From positions 1-64,000 of the IMG/VR virus record IMGVR_UViG_3300006151_000005: a stretch of DNA of 64,000 bases. One strand, given 5' to 3'. The notes under the pieces were generated by a model that saw only the letters and a list, made by a program, of their open reading frames with translations, was not told where the DNA came from and did no database searches. The DNA comes from a virus (Duplodnaviria; Caudoviricetes). Shown here piece after piece: positions 48,949-58,700 of this stretch (position 1 is the first letter of the stretch; the number at the start of each line of letters is the position of its first letter). Made by a program: the position numbers and the translations under genes.

Positions 48949-49151
48949 TGGGAAGATACACGGCAAATTGCAGATGTGGCGGTGTGGTAGTCATCAGAAC
49001 CAACAACGCTTTTCGCGTACCGGAACTGCTTACAAAGCATGGATGGCGTTTAATCGACCCATACAAAAGCTCCTACGATATTAAAACCAACTGGCGATGC
49101 CCTATGTGCGCGGCAGCTTACGAAAGTCTAAAGAAAGGAAAACTGATATGA
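48948..49151 (+). CDS. small zinc-ribbon protein
   Basis: CRCG...CPMC; coupled start/stop. Confidence 0.55.
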   Translation: MGRYTANCRCGGVVVIRTNNAFRVPELLTKHGWRLIDPYKSSYDIKTNWRCPMCAAAYESLKKGKLI

Positions 49152-49726
49152 AAGAACGTGTATTTTGCGACCTTGAGGGTCTGGCAGGCGTAAGACGGCG
49201 TAAAGTCGGTGCATACGCTATTACGGAAGCCGATGCGTTGCAGATAAAGTCTATACTTGAAAGTAAACACGCTTGCACATCCGCAGGCAGTTATGGCGCA
49301 ATCAATATCTGGAAGACTGATGCCGGCGAAATTCGCGGCGAAGCCATGCAGAACCTTTGCTCCCTTGAAGTGTGCATCTTCGCCACCTACGCAAAAGCCG
49401 CAGAATGGGCGCAGAAATGGCTTGACAGGATAAACGGCAGAGATATAGTGGAAACGTCTTTTGACGAACCTAACTACGCTTTTAAGCGCGACGTGGAACG
49501 TATTATGATGGCTTCGCGTAAGAATATGCTTGATGCTTTCTGTACGGCGGTCTGCAACAACTGGCAGAACCATGACGGCAACGGCAACCCATGCCCTCGG
49601 AACTGCTGCCCTAAATTCAACAAATTCGTAGAGCTGATAAAGACCACGCCTATACGTGGACTGGAAACAACCGAAGCCAAAGAAGCTGTAAACAAATACA
49701 TCAACGACAATGAACCCAGAAAGTGA
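49148..49726 (+). CDS. hypothetical protein
   Basis: ATGA coupling. Confidence 0.6.
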   Translation: MKERVFCDLEGLAGVRRRKVGAYAITEADALQIKSILESKHACTSAGSYGAINIWKTDAGEIRGEAMQNLCSLEVCIFATYAKAAEWAQKWLDRINGRDIVETSFDEPNYAFKRDVERIMMASRKNMLDAFCTAVCNNWQNHDGNGNPCPRNCCPKFNKFVELIKTTPIRGLETTEAKEAVNKYINDNEPRK

Positions 49727-49958
49727 AGAAATCCGTAAAACGGCCATCAATAACCTTTTGAACGCCGACTCTTTTGTCTGCGTCACGATAAAGAACGGAA
49801 GCCTGAATATGGCAAATCTGACCAATCCGGAACGCCTCGGAATAATGCTGCTTGAAATCATGCGCAGCAATCCGGCTTTCGCCAATAGCGTCAATCTTGC
49901 TGCCCTCGCCTATGCGCAGGAACAACTACACCATAACACAAACCTAAATCAGCAATAA
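49710..49958 (+). CDS. hypothetical protein
   Basis: Packed operon. Confidence 0.55.
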   Translation: MNPESEEIRKTAINNLLNADSFVCVTIKNGSLNMANLTNPERLGIMLLEIMRSNPAFANSVNLAALAYAQEQLHHNTNLNQQ

Positions 49959-49980
49959 TCAGTATTTAATAAGGCTTTTG

Positions 49981-50012
49981 TTTGGTGGAATAAAAGTAAT
50001 TACTTAACTTTG
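49981..50012 (+). promoter_or_regulatory. Bacteroidota promoter
   Basis: TTTG-N20-TAACTTTG. Confidence 0.8.
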
Positions 50013-50045
50013 CACCTATAAAGACAAACCAAAAACTTATAACAG

Positions 50046-50789
50046 TTGAAAAAGAAAATCTACATCTCCCTCCCGATAAGCGGGCGTGACCTTGAGGCAG
50101 TGAAACAACGTGCTAACTACATCAAGGAATCGGTTATTGCGGATGATTATGAGGGCGTAACGCCCTTTGACATCTGCCCGGATAGCACGTTGCCGTATTC
50201 TGAACTTATGGGGCGCGACATTGCCGGCTTAATGGAGTGTGATGGTGTCTTGTTTGATTTCGACTGGAACGAGTCAAAGGGTTGTCGCATTGAGATGGCG
50301 GTGGCTCGCAACTGCAATATCCCCGTCTATAAACTCGCCGATGAAAGGGTTGTGGAAGATGCCGACACACGGCTTTTCACAATCACACTGAATAAGCGTC
50401 AGCTTGAATTGTTATCCGAGGCATCCGACTGCCATTCACGGAATACTTGCGGCCAGTTGGATGTAGGTCTTGAAGAAGTCATTGAAAAGGCTATCACAAG
50501 AACATACAGCACCGCCGATTTTGACAAACGCCATGAAATAAGCGAAAAGGTCAAGACACTCCTGCGCGAAGTCAAATCCCTTGCGTGGAATTTAGGCCCC
50601 GGAAGCAATAAAGGCGTGAAATACGATGATGGAGCTGACATCCTTTTCGACATCCATCAGGTAATCCGTCATCACTTATGGAAGATTAAACCCGAACCGA
50701 AATATCATTATACCAATGATGCGGCAGAGGCTATAATCTTCGGAAGTCAACCGGCAATAACCATCAAGACCCTCGCAAGAAATGAATGA
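50046..50789 (+). CDS. DUF4406 (nucleoside deoxyribosyltransferase-like) domain fusion
   Basis: KIYISLPISG...DIAGLMECDG...WNESKGCRIE; TTG start. Confidence 0.75.
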   Translation: MKKKIYISLPISGRDLEAVKQRANYIKESVIADDYEGVTPFDICPDSTLPYSELMGRDIAGLMECDGVLFDFDWNESKGCRIEMAVARNCNIPVYKLADERVVEDADTRLFTITLNKRQLELLSEASDCHSRNTCGQLDVGLEEVIEKAITRTYSTADFDKRHEISEKVKTLLREVKSLAWNLGPGSNKGVKYDDGADILFDIHQVIRHHLWKIKPEPKYHYTNDAAEAIIFGSQPAITIKTLARNE

Positions 50790-51063
50790 CAATGTTATCG
50801 TAATCGCCGATGTCAGCTCGTCATATTTCTCGGTGGCGCGTTACAGCGGTGGCATAAAGTATAACGGAACGGTTTACATCTATTGCCGTGAACGTGATAT
50901 TCTGGTAAGAGAAGACTGGGAGAAGTTCTACCGCAAATTACCGTGGGAAACTTTCATCACGGCAGTCAAGACCGGCAAGAAACCCGAACTACCGAAAAAG
51001 CCTGCAAGGGTTAAGGCTCAGAGAAAAGAACAACCCGATAATCAACCATCATTATTTGACTAA
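50782..51063 (+). CDS. hypothetical protein
   Basis: Packed operon. Confidence 0.6.
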   Translation: MNDNVIVIADVSSSYFSVARYSGGIKYNGTVYIYCRERDILVREDWEKFYRKLPWETFITAVKTGKKPELPKKPARVKAQRKEQPDNQPSLFD

Positions 51064-51266
51064 TGGACTTACTGAATCTTATACTCAAGCGGAAGAAATA
51101 CCGCATGATAACGCTGCACACGATTAACGACGAGCCGATATTCGTTGTAGAGGTGCGCGGTCTGCTATTCTGGCACGTGGTAAAGTCGTTTGAAAGCGAC
51201 GATGCCGTTTATGCGCGGAACTGCGCCGAGGAGCTTCTGGATACGCTTAACGAGGAAATCCTTTAG
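51063..51266 (+). CDS. hypothetical protein
   Basis: TAATG coupling. Confidence 0.6.
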   Translation: MDLLNLILKRKKYRMITLHTINDEPIFVVEVRGLLFWHVVKSFESDDAVYARNCAEELLDTLNEEIL

Positions 51267-51269
51267 CCG

Positions 51270-51701
51270 ATGCCACCGAAGAAAAAGAATCAGACCGTCA
51301 TCCATGAATTTGCGTGTGAAATTTTCCCACGGAAATTGTGGATAGTCAAGAAGCCGCCACATGGGTATCTGGAGAAGCATTTTCAGACCGCCGACGGCGA
51401 AAAGCTCCACGAATATGATGTTGAAGATGCAAAGGCTGTCACTTACAAGGAAATTTACAACATCGACACCGACAAGCTCGGCATCCTGATTGTCTTGCTT
51501 GAAAGCAACATCACCGTTTCGGACTGCGCCCATGAAGCTACGCACTTTGCAATGGAAATGTATGCGGCTATTGGCGAAGAAGTCAGCACCGAGCATCAGG
51601 AAGTCATGGCGTACCTTGTAGGCTACGCCACCGACTGCATCTATCAAGTAGTTACCAACAAATTCAGACCAATGTTCGATGGAAGCCGAGAAATATCCTA
51701 A
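51270..51701 (+). CDS. HExxH-motif (zincin-like) phage protein
   Basis: CAHEATH...QEVMAYLVGY. Confidence 0.6.
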   Translation: MPPKKKNQTVIHEFACEIFPRKLWIVKKPPHGYLEKHFQTADGEKLHEYDVEDAKAVTYKEIYNIDTDKLGILIVLLESNITVSDCAHEATHFAMEMYAAIGEEVSTEHQEVMAYLVGYATDCIYQVVTNKFRPMFDGSREIS

Positions 51702-52155
51702 TACGCAGTTGCCGACACTCGCCATACATTATCAGTTGGGCGACTGGGTACGCGAATATTCATCTATAACCGGAAAGGAATCGCCGGCGATGTATGTCGT
51801 GGCCATGTTCAAGGATGTGCTATATCTTGAAATAGACCCCGAACAGGGCGACCCCTTTGAGGTTGATTATGAAGATGTGCGGCCTATCCCACTGACCAAA
51901 GAATTTCTCGTTGAAAGGGATATTTACGGAAAGCGCATTGTCAACGATGAACACGGCATAGAGGAAACAATACCCGGTGTTGCATCCAAATGGGATTTGA
52001 ACGACTGGGTTGACATTCACAAGTATAAAGACAAGTTCATTGCCAAATACCACGGAAGAGGCGATGAGTATCTTCACGTGGTCTATCTACGCTACGTTCA
52101 CAACCTCCAGCACTTCTACCGGATGTTTGAAATCGATAAGCCTATAATCGTATGA
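51679..52155 (+). CDS. hypothetical (YopX-like) protein
   Basis: LGDWV...RPIPLTKEFL...YVHNLQH. Confidence 0.6.
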   Translation: MEAEKYPNTQLPTLAIHYQLGDWVREYSSITGKESPAMYVVAMFKDVLYLEIDPEQGDPFEVDYEDVRPIPLTKEFLVERDIYGKRIVNDEHGIEETIPGVASKWDLNDWVDIHKYKDKFIAKYHGRGDEYLHVVYLRYVHNLQHFYRMFEIDKPIIV

Positions 52156-52406
52156 GATGCCCGGTATGCAATGGTGTTGGAATGGTTGACAATCCGCGAT
52201 TCTACAACAGGCCATGCTGGGACGCATGGGAAAGCGGAATACCTACAAGAATACGATGCCGACACTGCGGTGGCTATGGCTTTATTATAGGCGAAATCAG
52301 CGACATCACCCCGGCACTGCAAACGGCAGTAGATGAACATCGCGGGCTGACCGCAAAGGAAACAAAGCAAATACTAACGACACTTCTTAAAGAAAATGAA
52401 TCTTAA
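52152..52406 (+). CDS. DnaJ-type zinc-finger small protein
   Basis: CPVCNGVG...CRHCGGYG. Confidence 0.65.
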   Translation: MRCPVCNGVGMVDNPRFYNRPCWDAWESGIPTRIRCRHCGGYGFIIGEISDITPALQTAVDEHRGLTAKETKQILTTLLKENES

Positions 52407-52722
52407 CGAATATCAGGAAGCCGCCCTTAAAACGGCGATTTATCCCAACGACGGCAAGGTTAACTATCTTGCGCTTGCCATCTGTGGCGAAGCCGGAGAA
52501 TTAGCCGATAAGGTCAAGAAAATCTTGCGCGACAAGGACGGCGAATACAAGGAAGCCGACAAACACGCCCTCGCGCTGGAGCTTGGCGATATTATGTGGT
52601 ATGCCGCGAACCTGTCAAGTGTTCTCGGTTATAGTCTTTCTGAAATTGCGGAACTTAATATAGCAAAAATCGCCGGCAGAGTGGAACGTGGTACGATTCA
52701 CGGAGTCGGCGACAATAGATAA
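52396..52722 (+). CDS. MazG-like NTP pyrophosphohydrolase
   Basis: GEAGELADKVKK...ELGDIMWY...NIAK. Confidence 0.9.
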   Translation: MNLNEYQEAALKTAIYPNDGKVNYLALAICGEAGELADKVKKILRDKDGEYKEADKHALALELGDIMWYAANLSSVLGYSLSEIAELNIAKIAGRVERGTIHGVGDNR

Positions 52723-52727
52723 TCATC

Positions 52728-53231
52728 ATGGCTGCTGACACGACCTTATCAATAACGCAGATAGAGCTTGGACTCGCGCAATATTTCAATTTTCGGAACA
52801 ATGTAATCGTGCCTAACGTATCATGGGGCTTACTTAACCATGAAGCCGACCTGTTGATACTGAACAAAAGCGGTTATCTTACCGAAATTGAAATCAAACG
52901 AAGTTGGGCAGACTTTCTCGCAGACTTTCGGAAACGGCATACGCACGAAGACACAAAGGTATCGTGGCATTACTACGCAGTGCCGGAGTCAATCGTTGAT
53001 AAATGCCGTGAAAAACTTGCAGAAGTTGACCCCGGACACAGATGGGGTCTTATCAGCTATGCCGCGTCATGGGATGGCGAGTGCTGGCCTAAAATAGAAT
53101 CGCAACCGTCAAACATACACTATCATTGCAGTGAACGGAAATTGTATTTAGAGGAGCAATTTCAGCTTGCAAGACTTGGTGCAATGCGCACGTGGTCACT
53201 TAAAGAAAAAATCATCAAAAATGGAAAATAA
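52728..53231 (+). CDS. PD-(D/E)XK (MmcB-like) nuclease
   Basis: HEADLLIL...EIEIKRS.ADFLADF. Confidence 0.7.
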   Translation: MAADTTLSITQIELGLAQYFNFRNNVIVPNVSWGLLNHEADLLILNKSGYLTEIEIKRSWADFLADFRKRHTHEDTKVSWHYYAVPESIVDKCREKLAEVDPGHRWGLISYAASWDGECWPKIESQPSNIHYHCSERKLYLEEQFQLARLGAMRTWSLKEKIIKNGK

Positions 53232-53865
53232 ACCCAATATCATTGTCAAGAAGCATACCGGCGTGGAGCTTGTTCAGCTTGCCGCCAGTTTTACATCCGG
53301 GCATGAAAGCAAGATAACGCTTAAACGTGCCTATAAGACGGAACACTCCATAATCCGCACCCAGATATTCACTGTGGAATGTTATGGTATCCCCTTGTTC
53401 GTAAGCACCCATTTCATCCGCCATCACGTAGGCTCGCAGCCCTATCAGCTTACATGTCGCATCGACCGACCCGGCGGCGGTAATCCACATCTCAAGGAGC
53501 GCATCGCCGAAGTCAACGCCTTGCTTGCCGACGGAAAGATTGCGGAGGCTTGCGGTATTCTGGACTGGCTCGCTGATAATTCAGACCGCTACACAAAGGT
53601 CAATCTTCTGCTTTTCGCCAATGCACAAGGCTTGATAGACATGGCGAAATTACGCCTATGCACACAGGCATCGCCGGAAACACGTGAACTATTTCAGGCT
53701 ATCAAGGCGAAGATTGCGGATGTTGACCCGGATTTAGCACCTTTCCTTGTCAGGAAGTGCGTTTACCGTGGCGGTATCTGCTGTGAACAGAAATGCTGCG
53801 GCTACAACAAGACAGAACTATTCAAAAAGGAACTGGAGCATTACAAGCTGCAATTCGTAAACTGA
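53221..53865 (+). CDS. thyX: FAD-dependent thymidylate synthase-like protein
   Basis: EHSIIR, VSTHFIRH, RLC..AS.ETR, CVYRG. Confidence 0.7.
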   Translation: MENKPNIIVKKHTGVELVQLAASFTSGHESKITLKRAYKTEHSIIRTQIFTVECYGIPLFVSTHFIRHHVGSQPYQLTCRIDRPGGGNPHLKERIAEVNALLADGKIAEACGILDWLADNSDRYTKVNLLLFANAQGLIDMAKLRLCTQASPETRELFQAIKAKIADVDPDLAPFLVRKCVYRGGICCEQKCCGYNKTELFKKELEHYKLQFVN

Positions 53866-53872
53866 TGCCGTT

Positions 53873-54316
53873 ATGGAAGAAGAGGGTTTACAATACATCG
53901 AATTTCAAGATGAACTTTGTCGGCTACGCTACACAATCGCCAAATACAAGGAACACGACAAGAAGCGTAATCGGTACATGGCGCATCTTGAACGCCTGAA
54001 CGATAGATATAGGCAAAAGGTTGAAAGCCTTGAAGCACTTACGGAACGTCAGCACGAAGAAATCGACGAGCTGATGGATGCCTATGATGGCGCAAAACCT
54101 CTTATCGCCGACCGGTCACATCGCGCCTATGTTTACGAACTGGTAAAACGCGCCAACGAAGCAAGAAAATTGAAGCGGAAATGCGACAACATCGAAGAAG
54201 AAAACAAAACGCTTCACGACAAGAATAAGCGGCAGAAAGAACATATCCAGTCGCTGAAAGAAAAGATTGAAGCGTTGGAAAACGTAATCAAATCACTACA
54301 CAATGGGAAACGATAA
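53873..54316 (+). CDS. coiled-coil hypothetical protein
   Basis: Packed operon. Confidence 0.6.
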   Translation: MEEEGLQYIEFQDELCRLRYTIAKYKEHDKKRNRYMAHLERLNDRYRQKVESLEALTERQHEEIDELMDAYDGAKPLIADRSHRAYVYELVKRANEARKLKRKCDNIEEENKTLHDKNKRQKEHIQSLKEKIEALENVIKSLHNGKR

Positions 54317-54659
54317 ACTTATAGATTTCAGTCAGGATGTCGAATTTGCAGACTGCATCGTCAATGAAGACGTCAGCCGGTATAAGGCAATCGTGGAAAA
54401 CATGACGCAGAAATTCATCGCCAAGAACCACGACTACGGCAATTCATTCTCTGAGTCGGTACAGGAATTTGGTGCGACCTCCGGCCCGGTTATCGGCTTC
54501 GCGCCCATCATGCACAAATTCAACCGCCTCAAGAACCTTATCAAAGGCGAGCAGGCTCTCGTTGCGGACGAAACAGCGGAAGATACGTTGCTGGATATGG
54601 CCAACTACTGTATCATGTTTAAGATGGAACTTGATAAACTCAAAACGTCATGCAGTTAA
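54303..54659 (+). CDS. nucleotide-modification-associated domain 1 (DUF1599-like) protein
   Basis: KNHDYGNSF...KFNRL...DTLLDMANY. Confidence 0.8.
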   Translation: MGNDKLIDFSQDVEFADCIVNEDVSRYKAIVENMTQKFIAKNHDYGNSFSESVQEFGATSGPVIGFAPIMHKFNRLKNLIKGEQALVADETAEDTLLDMANYCIMFKMELDKLKTSCS

Positions 54660-54844
54660 AAGGATTCAAGGTGTGGCTATGTGCCATAGTCTTCGCCATT
54701 ATTCAGATGATAGCAGACGTTATCAAAGCCATCTATCAGGAAAATTATGTTATTATGATTCTTGAGGGCGCAACGCTTGTATGGATGTGTTGGCTTGGCA
54801 AGTGGGCATATCGTCAAAACAAAAGGAAGAAAGCCAATGGATGA
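54650..54844 (+). CDS. small membrane protein
   Basis: Two hydrophobic segments. Confidence 0.55.
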   Translation: MQLKGFKVWLCAIVFAIIQMIADVIKAIYQENYVIMILEGATLVWMCWLGKWAYRQNKRKKANG

Positions 54845-55262
54845 ACTCAGATACATAAAGCCAATTCAGCTATTCGCGGAAGCCGAAGAAAAGCGACTAC
54901 GCGACATTATGGTTGACATCCGGGAGTATGACTCACCACAAATGGTACGCGCCCGCTTCGATATGCGGAAAAGCGAATTGAAGTTAACACCCAGAATACC
55001 TCGGTTGGCATCCGACGGCGCGGAAGAAGAATACATGAAGATTCTCAAGGAGGGCGGGCTATCCGGCTGCGAATTTGCGATTAACAACGGCATTGAGTCC
55101 ATTATGACAACCTTTGTTAAGGAACTTATCAGGCAAGGATTAGTTGTTTGCGAAATCAAGGATGCAATGTATGACCCCAAAAGAATCTGCATAGAATTGT
55201 CGGCGGTTGTAGGTGTGCCGAAGAAAGCGCGTAAGCGATTTGACATAGATGTGACGGAATAA
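54837..55262 (+). CDS. hypothetical protein
   Basis: ATG overlaps the upstream ORF end. Confidence 0.6.
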   Translation: MDELRYIKPIQLFAEAEEKRLRDIMVDIREYDSPQMVRARFDMRKSELKLTPRIPRLASDGAEEEYMKILKEGGLSGCEFAINNGIESIMTTFVKELIRQGLVVCEIKDAMYDPKRICIELSAVVGVPKKARKRFDIDVTE

Positions 55263-55263
55263 G

Positions 55264-55299
55264 TTAAGGGCGAATGGTTTTGATACCGACCGCCCTTAA
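55264..55299. terminator. hairpin between convergent transcription units
   Basis: TTAAGGGCG...CGCCCTTAA inverted repeat. Confidence 0.55.
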
Positions 55300-55317
55300 T
55301 TCTGCGTCTATGTGGGA

Positions 55318-55752
55318 TTATAGGGTGCGCTTGCTTGGGTCTGGCTCTTCAAACTTGAGCATCATGTGGCAGAAAGTGCGTTGTGGATTTATGGAATAAA
55401 CCGACCCTTTGCCACGATAAATCAGATGGTACACGTCATCACTTTCTTGTGGGACTTGTAGCGTAATCTTGCCTTTATACATCAAGGCAAGAAAGGCGTT
55501 TTTCTTTGTGCGGAAATCAGCCGGGGTCTTGCCGGTGATAGTAAAGTCAAGTATGACATCACGCGATGCGTATTTAGGCGCATCTTCCACGACAACGCGC
55601 TTGCCGTGTTCCAGTCTTGACTCGTTTTCGATGTTTTCTTTCAGCGACAGTGGCTCGGTTAATGCGTCCAGAAAGCCCTCGCCCATGCGCACACCGTAGT
55701 CTTGATATACGGTGCTGCTTCCGTTTATTCTTAATTCGGGTAGTGTTGCCAT
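55318..55752 (-). CDS. distal tail (Dit)-like protein
   Basis: Immediately downstream of the tape measure gene; LKENIENESRLEHG...KFEEPDP. Confidence 0.7.
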   Translation of the reverse strand: MATLPELRINGSSTVYQDYGVRMGEGFLDALTEPLSLKENIENESRLEHGKRVVVEDAPKYASRDVILDFTITGKTPADFRTKKNAFLALMYKGKITLQVPQESDDVYHLIYRGKGSVYSINPQRTFCHMMLKFEEPDPSKRTL

Positions 55753-55753
55753 A

Positions 55754-58700
55754 TTAGATATTTTTCGTGTTCTTTTTGATTTCCGCTATATCAGCCTGCA
55801 TGGTCTGTATCGGCTTCACAATCGCGCCAGTATTCTCGCTGATGGTTTGCAATTCGATGTAAATCTTTGCAAGCTGACGCTCGATGTTGTCCTGATGAAC
55901 ATTGAAGCGGCTATATTCCATCGCTATCTGGAGCAATTCGTCAGTCATGTCGGCAAGCGATAATGTGTGCTGATTCTCGTTTGCACGGATAGATTCAACG
56001 GCTATCTGCAACGCCGTAAGTCTGCCCTCAATCGCATTGCCGGTGTCCTGTGACATTCCTTCAAGTGTTCGGCTTGATGACTGCTGCTCGGATGAGCCAT
56101 CCCAGCCCATAGCCTTTTTAAGATTGTTGCGGTCATTGACGGCATCGCCTACAATGTTATCCCAGTCGCGCTTCAAGCGTTCCTGCTCTGCGGCGGTAAG
56201 ACCATCTTGGTCATCCATAGCGGCGACAAAGTCTTCATACCACTGCTTGAGCTTTTCGTTGTACTTGGAGTTCATTAGGCTGTTAATAACGGCCTGTTGC
56301 ATCATCTTTTCAAAGTTGTTGGCGAAGTCCTCGCTATCGGATTCCATGTCAAGAAGCATCGACTTAAACTCGTCCTTGACGCTATCAAACGACACGTCAG
56401 TCAGCGACTCACGGAATGCGTTCTCAAGCTCTTCAAGTTCTTTGTAGTATTCGATGTATTCATCCATGAACTGCGCGGCATCCTTGTGGCCGTCATCGGC
56501 AAGACCTTTAATTTTGGCGTAAAGGTCAGGTGCGCTCTGTGCAACCTTTGCCATCTGCTCGGAAGTAAGATTCCAAAAGTCACCGGCACTGCGCACCGAC
56601 TTGCCTACGATAGCAGAAATACGCGACCAATCATCGCCGCTCATGCCCTTATTTATCTTATGGTTTGAAGACTTGTATCCTCCAACACCCAAGAAGCCAT
56701 TAGAATACGCCGCGCCGGAACGTGACATCATTTCCTGAGTATTCTTCATCGCCTTTTCTATATCGCCTTTCTGCTGCTGATATAGTGCGCCCATATCGGC
56801 AGTGGCGGCATCCCGCATTTCATCGGCAAGATTATACACGGCCTTGCGAAGTGCCTCGTTAGTAGCGGTCAAACGTTCAATGTCTTCCTCAAGATGCTTG
56901 TCGCTTTCGCCGTTACCCCACCAATCAAACCAACCGCCAAGTGTGAAGATTGATTTGAAGATGCCGAGGATGCCTTTGTAAAGGCTTTCGCCAATCTGAC
57001 GGAAAAGACCCTCCTTGAAGTTGAGTATGTTGCCGATAATGCCTGAAATAGCATTAAGGATTGAATCAAGAATCGCTGTAATAAGTGGCCCTAATCCATC
57101 TTTAAGAATATCAAGTATTTTAAGAATAGAAGCTATAAGTCCAGCTATAAGTCCAGCCTTTCCAAGACCTTTAGCCATGCTACCAACTGCTTGCGAGGCT
57201 TCGCCCACTGCATCCCCTGCTTCACTAACTACACCTGTGATTTCACTTGATAATTTATCGGCAGCGCCGGATGCCGAATCGCTAAAATCTTCAAAGGAAA
57301 GTTCAAGTTTTGTCATTGCATCCTTAATTAACTGCGGTGAGTCTTCAAGTGCGGATGCAAATGCTTCTGCGCCCTCTGCTGCGGCATCTTTAAGGTCGGT
57401 AATCGCTTTGGATGCTTCCTCAAAAGCCGATAAACCTTTCAGACCATCGATAGCACCCTTTAAGGAGTCAAATGCGTCCCAAAGGTCTGCCAACTGCGAA
57501 AAGCCGGAATTGCTCAAGAATGTATAAATTTTGCTGACCGGCTTGATGACGTTCTTTGCAGTTTGCGACAACATCATGCCGGAGCTTTTTACTGTATTCT
57601 GCGCCTGCTGTAATGCGAGGTTGGAATTTGCCACGGTTGCACCATAGTTGTTGACCGCGATAGTCGCATTTTCATAAGCCTCTTGCGCAACCCTCAACTG
57701 TTCCGGTGATGTTTCTGGATTATTGCGCACTCTTTCAAGATTCCTCTGGGCTTCCGATTGGACTTGTGTAAGGCGACTTAATTCGGCAGTAACTCGTGTA
57801 TCGTTTTCGGTAGCGATGCGTAATTCATCAAGGGCTTTCTGATAAGCCATCAATGATGAAGACAAATCTTGCCACGATTGATTAGAGCCAAGCTGCTGAC
57901 GCATACTTTCCATGGCCTCTATAACGGTTTGCTGATTCTCTGCACCGGATTGACGGAACGACTCGGTTTTTACATATTTCTGCAACTGCTCATAAAGCGG
58001 TTCAAGCTGACCGCGCATAATAACGCCAACGTTATCAAAGACAGTGTACCAGTCAATCTGATTCATTACCGCATTTGATTCAAACTGCTCTTCCTCGGCA
58101 CGTTGCTGCCGTTGCAAGGCAAGACGCTCGCCCTCGCTTTGGGCGTTTCTTATTTTTTCTGCATATTCTTCTGCGATAGCAAGTTTTTTCTGCTGAAAAG
58201 ACCCAAATTCTTTCAGATAGTCACGCATAGCAGCAAAGTCTTCCTTAAACCTTGCTTCAAGGTCAGTTGATCCATTGACATCAATCAACTGGCTCTGTGT
58301 GTCAAAGCCTATGTTGTCTTTAGCCTGTGTAAGCCAATCCTCGCGCATCTTCTTCAACTGTTCGTCGGAGAATTGTGCATAATACTGATATTCCTTGCGA
58401 CCTTTGCCACCCTTGAGCCATTCCTGCAAGGCGTTCTTTTCAAGTGTCTGCGCCTCCCTTTCGGCTTCTTTCAAAAGAGCCTGACGCTTCTTTTCGGCAG
58501 TAAATTTGATAGTGGCTATTTCCTTTTCGGAATTATCCTCCAACTGTGCGATTTCAAGCTCACGCTGATTGTTTCTTTCTTCCTGTAAAAGTTCAGCGGT
58601 TCGACGCTCCTCTTCCAACTGCATCTTACGAAGCTCGTATGCCCTTTGCTTAGGGTCATCCTTACTGCCGCCTTTCTTATTTCCTTTCTTGGATTTATCG

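Noticed and set aside
49118-49894. 258-aa minus-strand ORF and other long antisense ORFs (e.g. 60081-60932, 48370-48966)
   Set aside because: Shadow frames of well-supported, translationally coupled genes on the opposite strand
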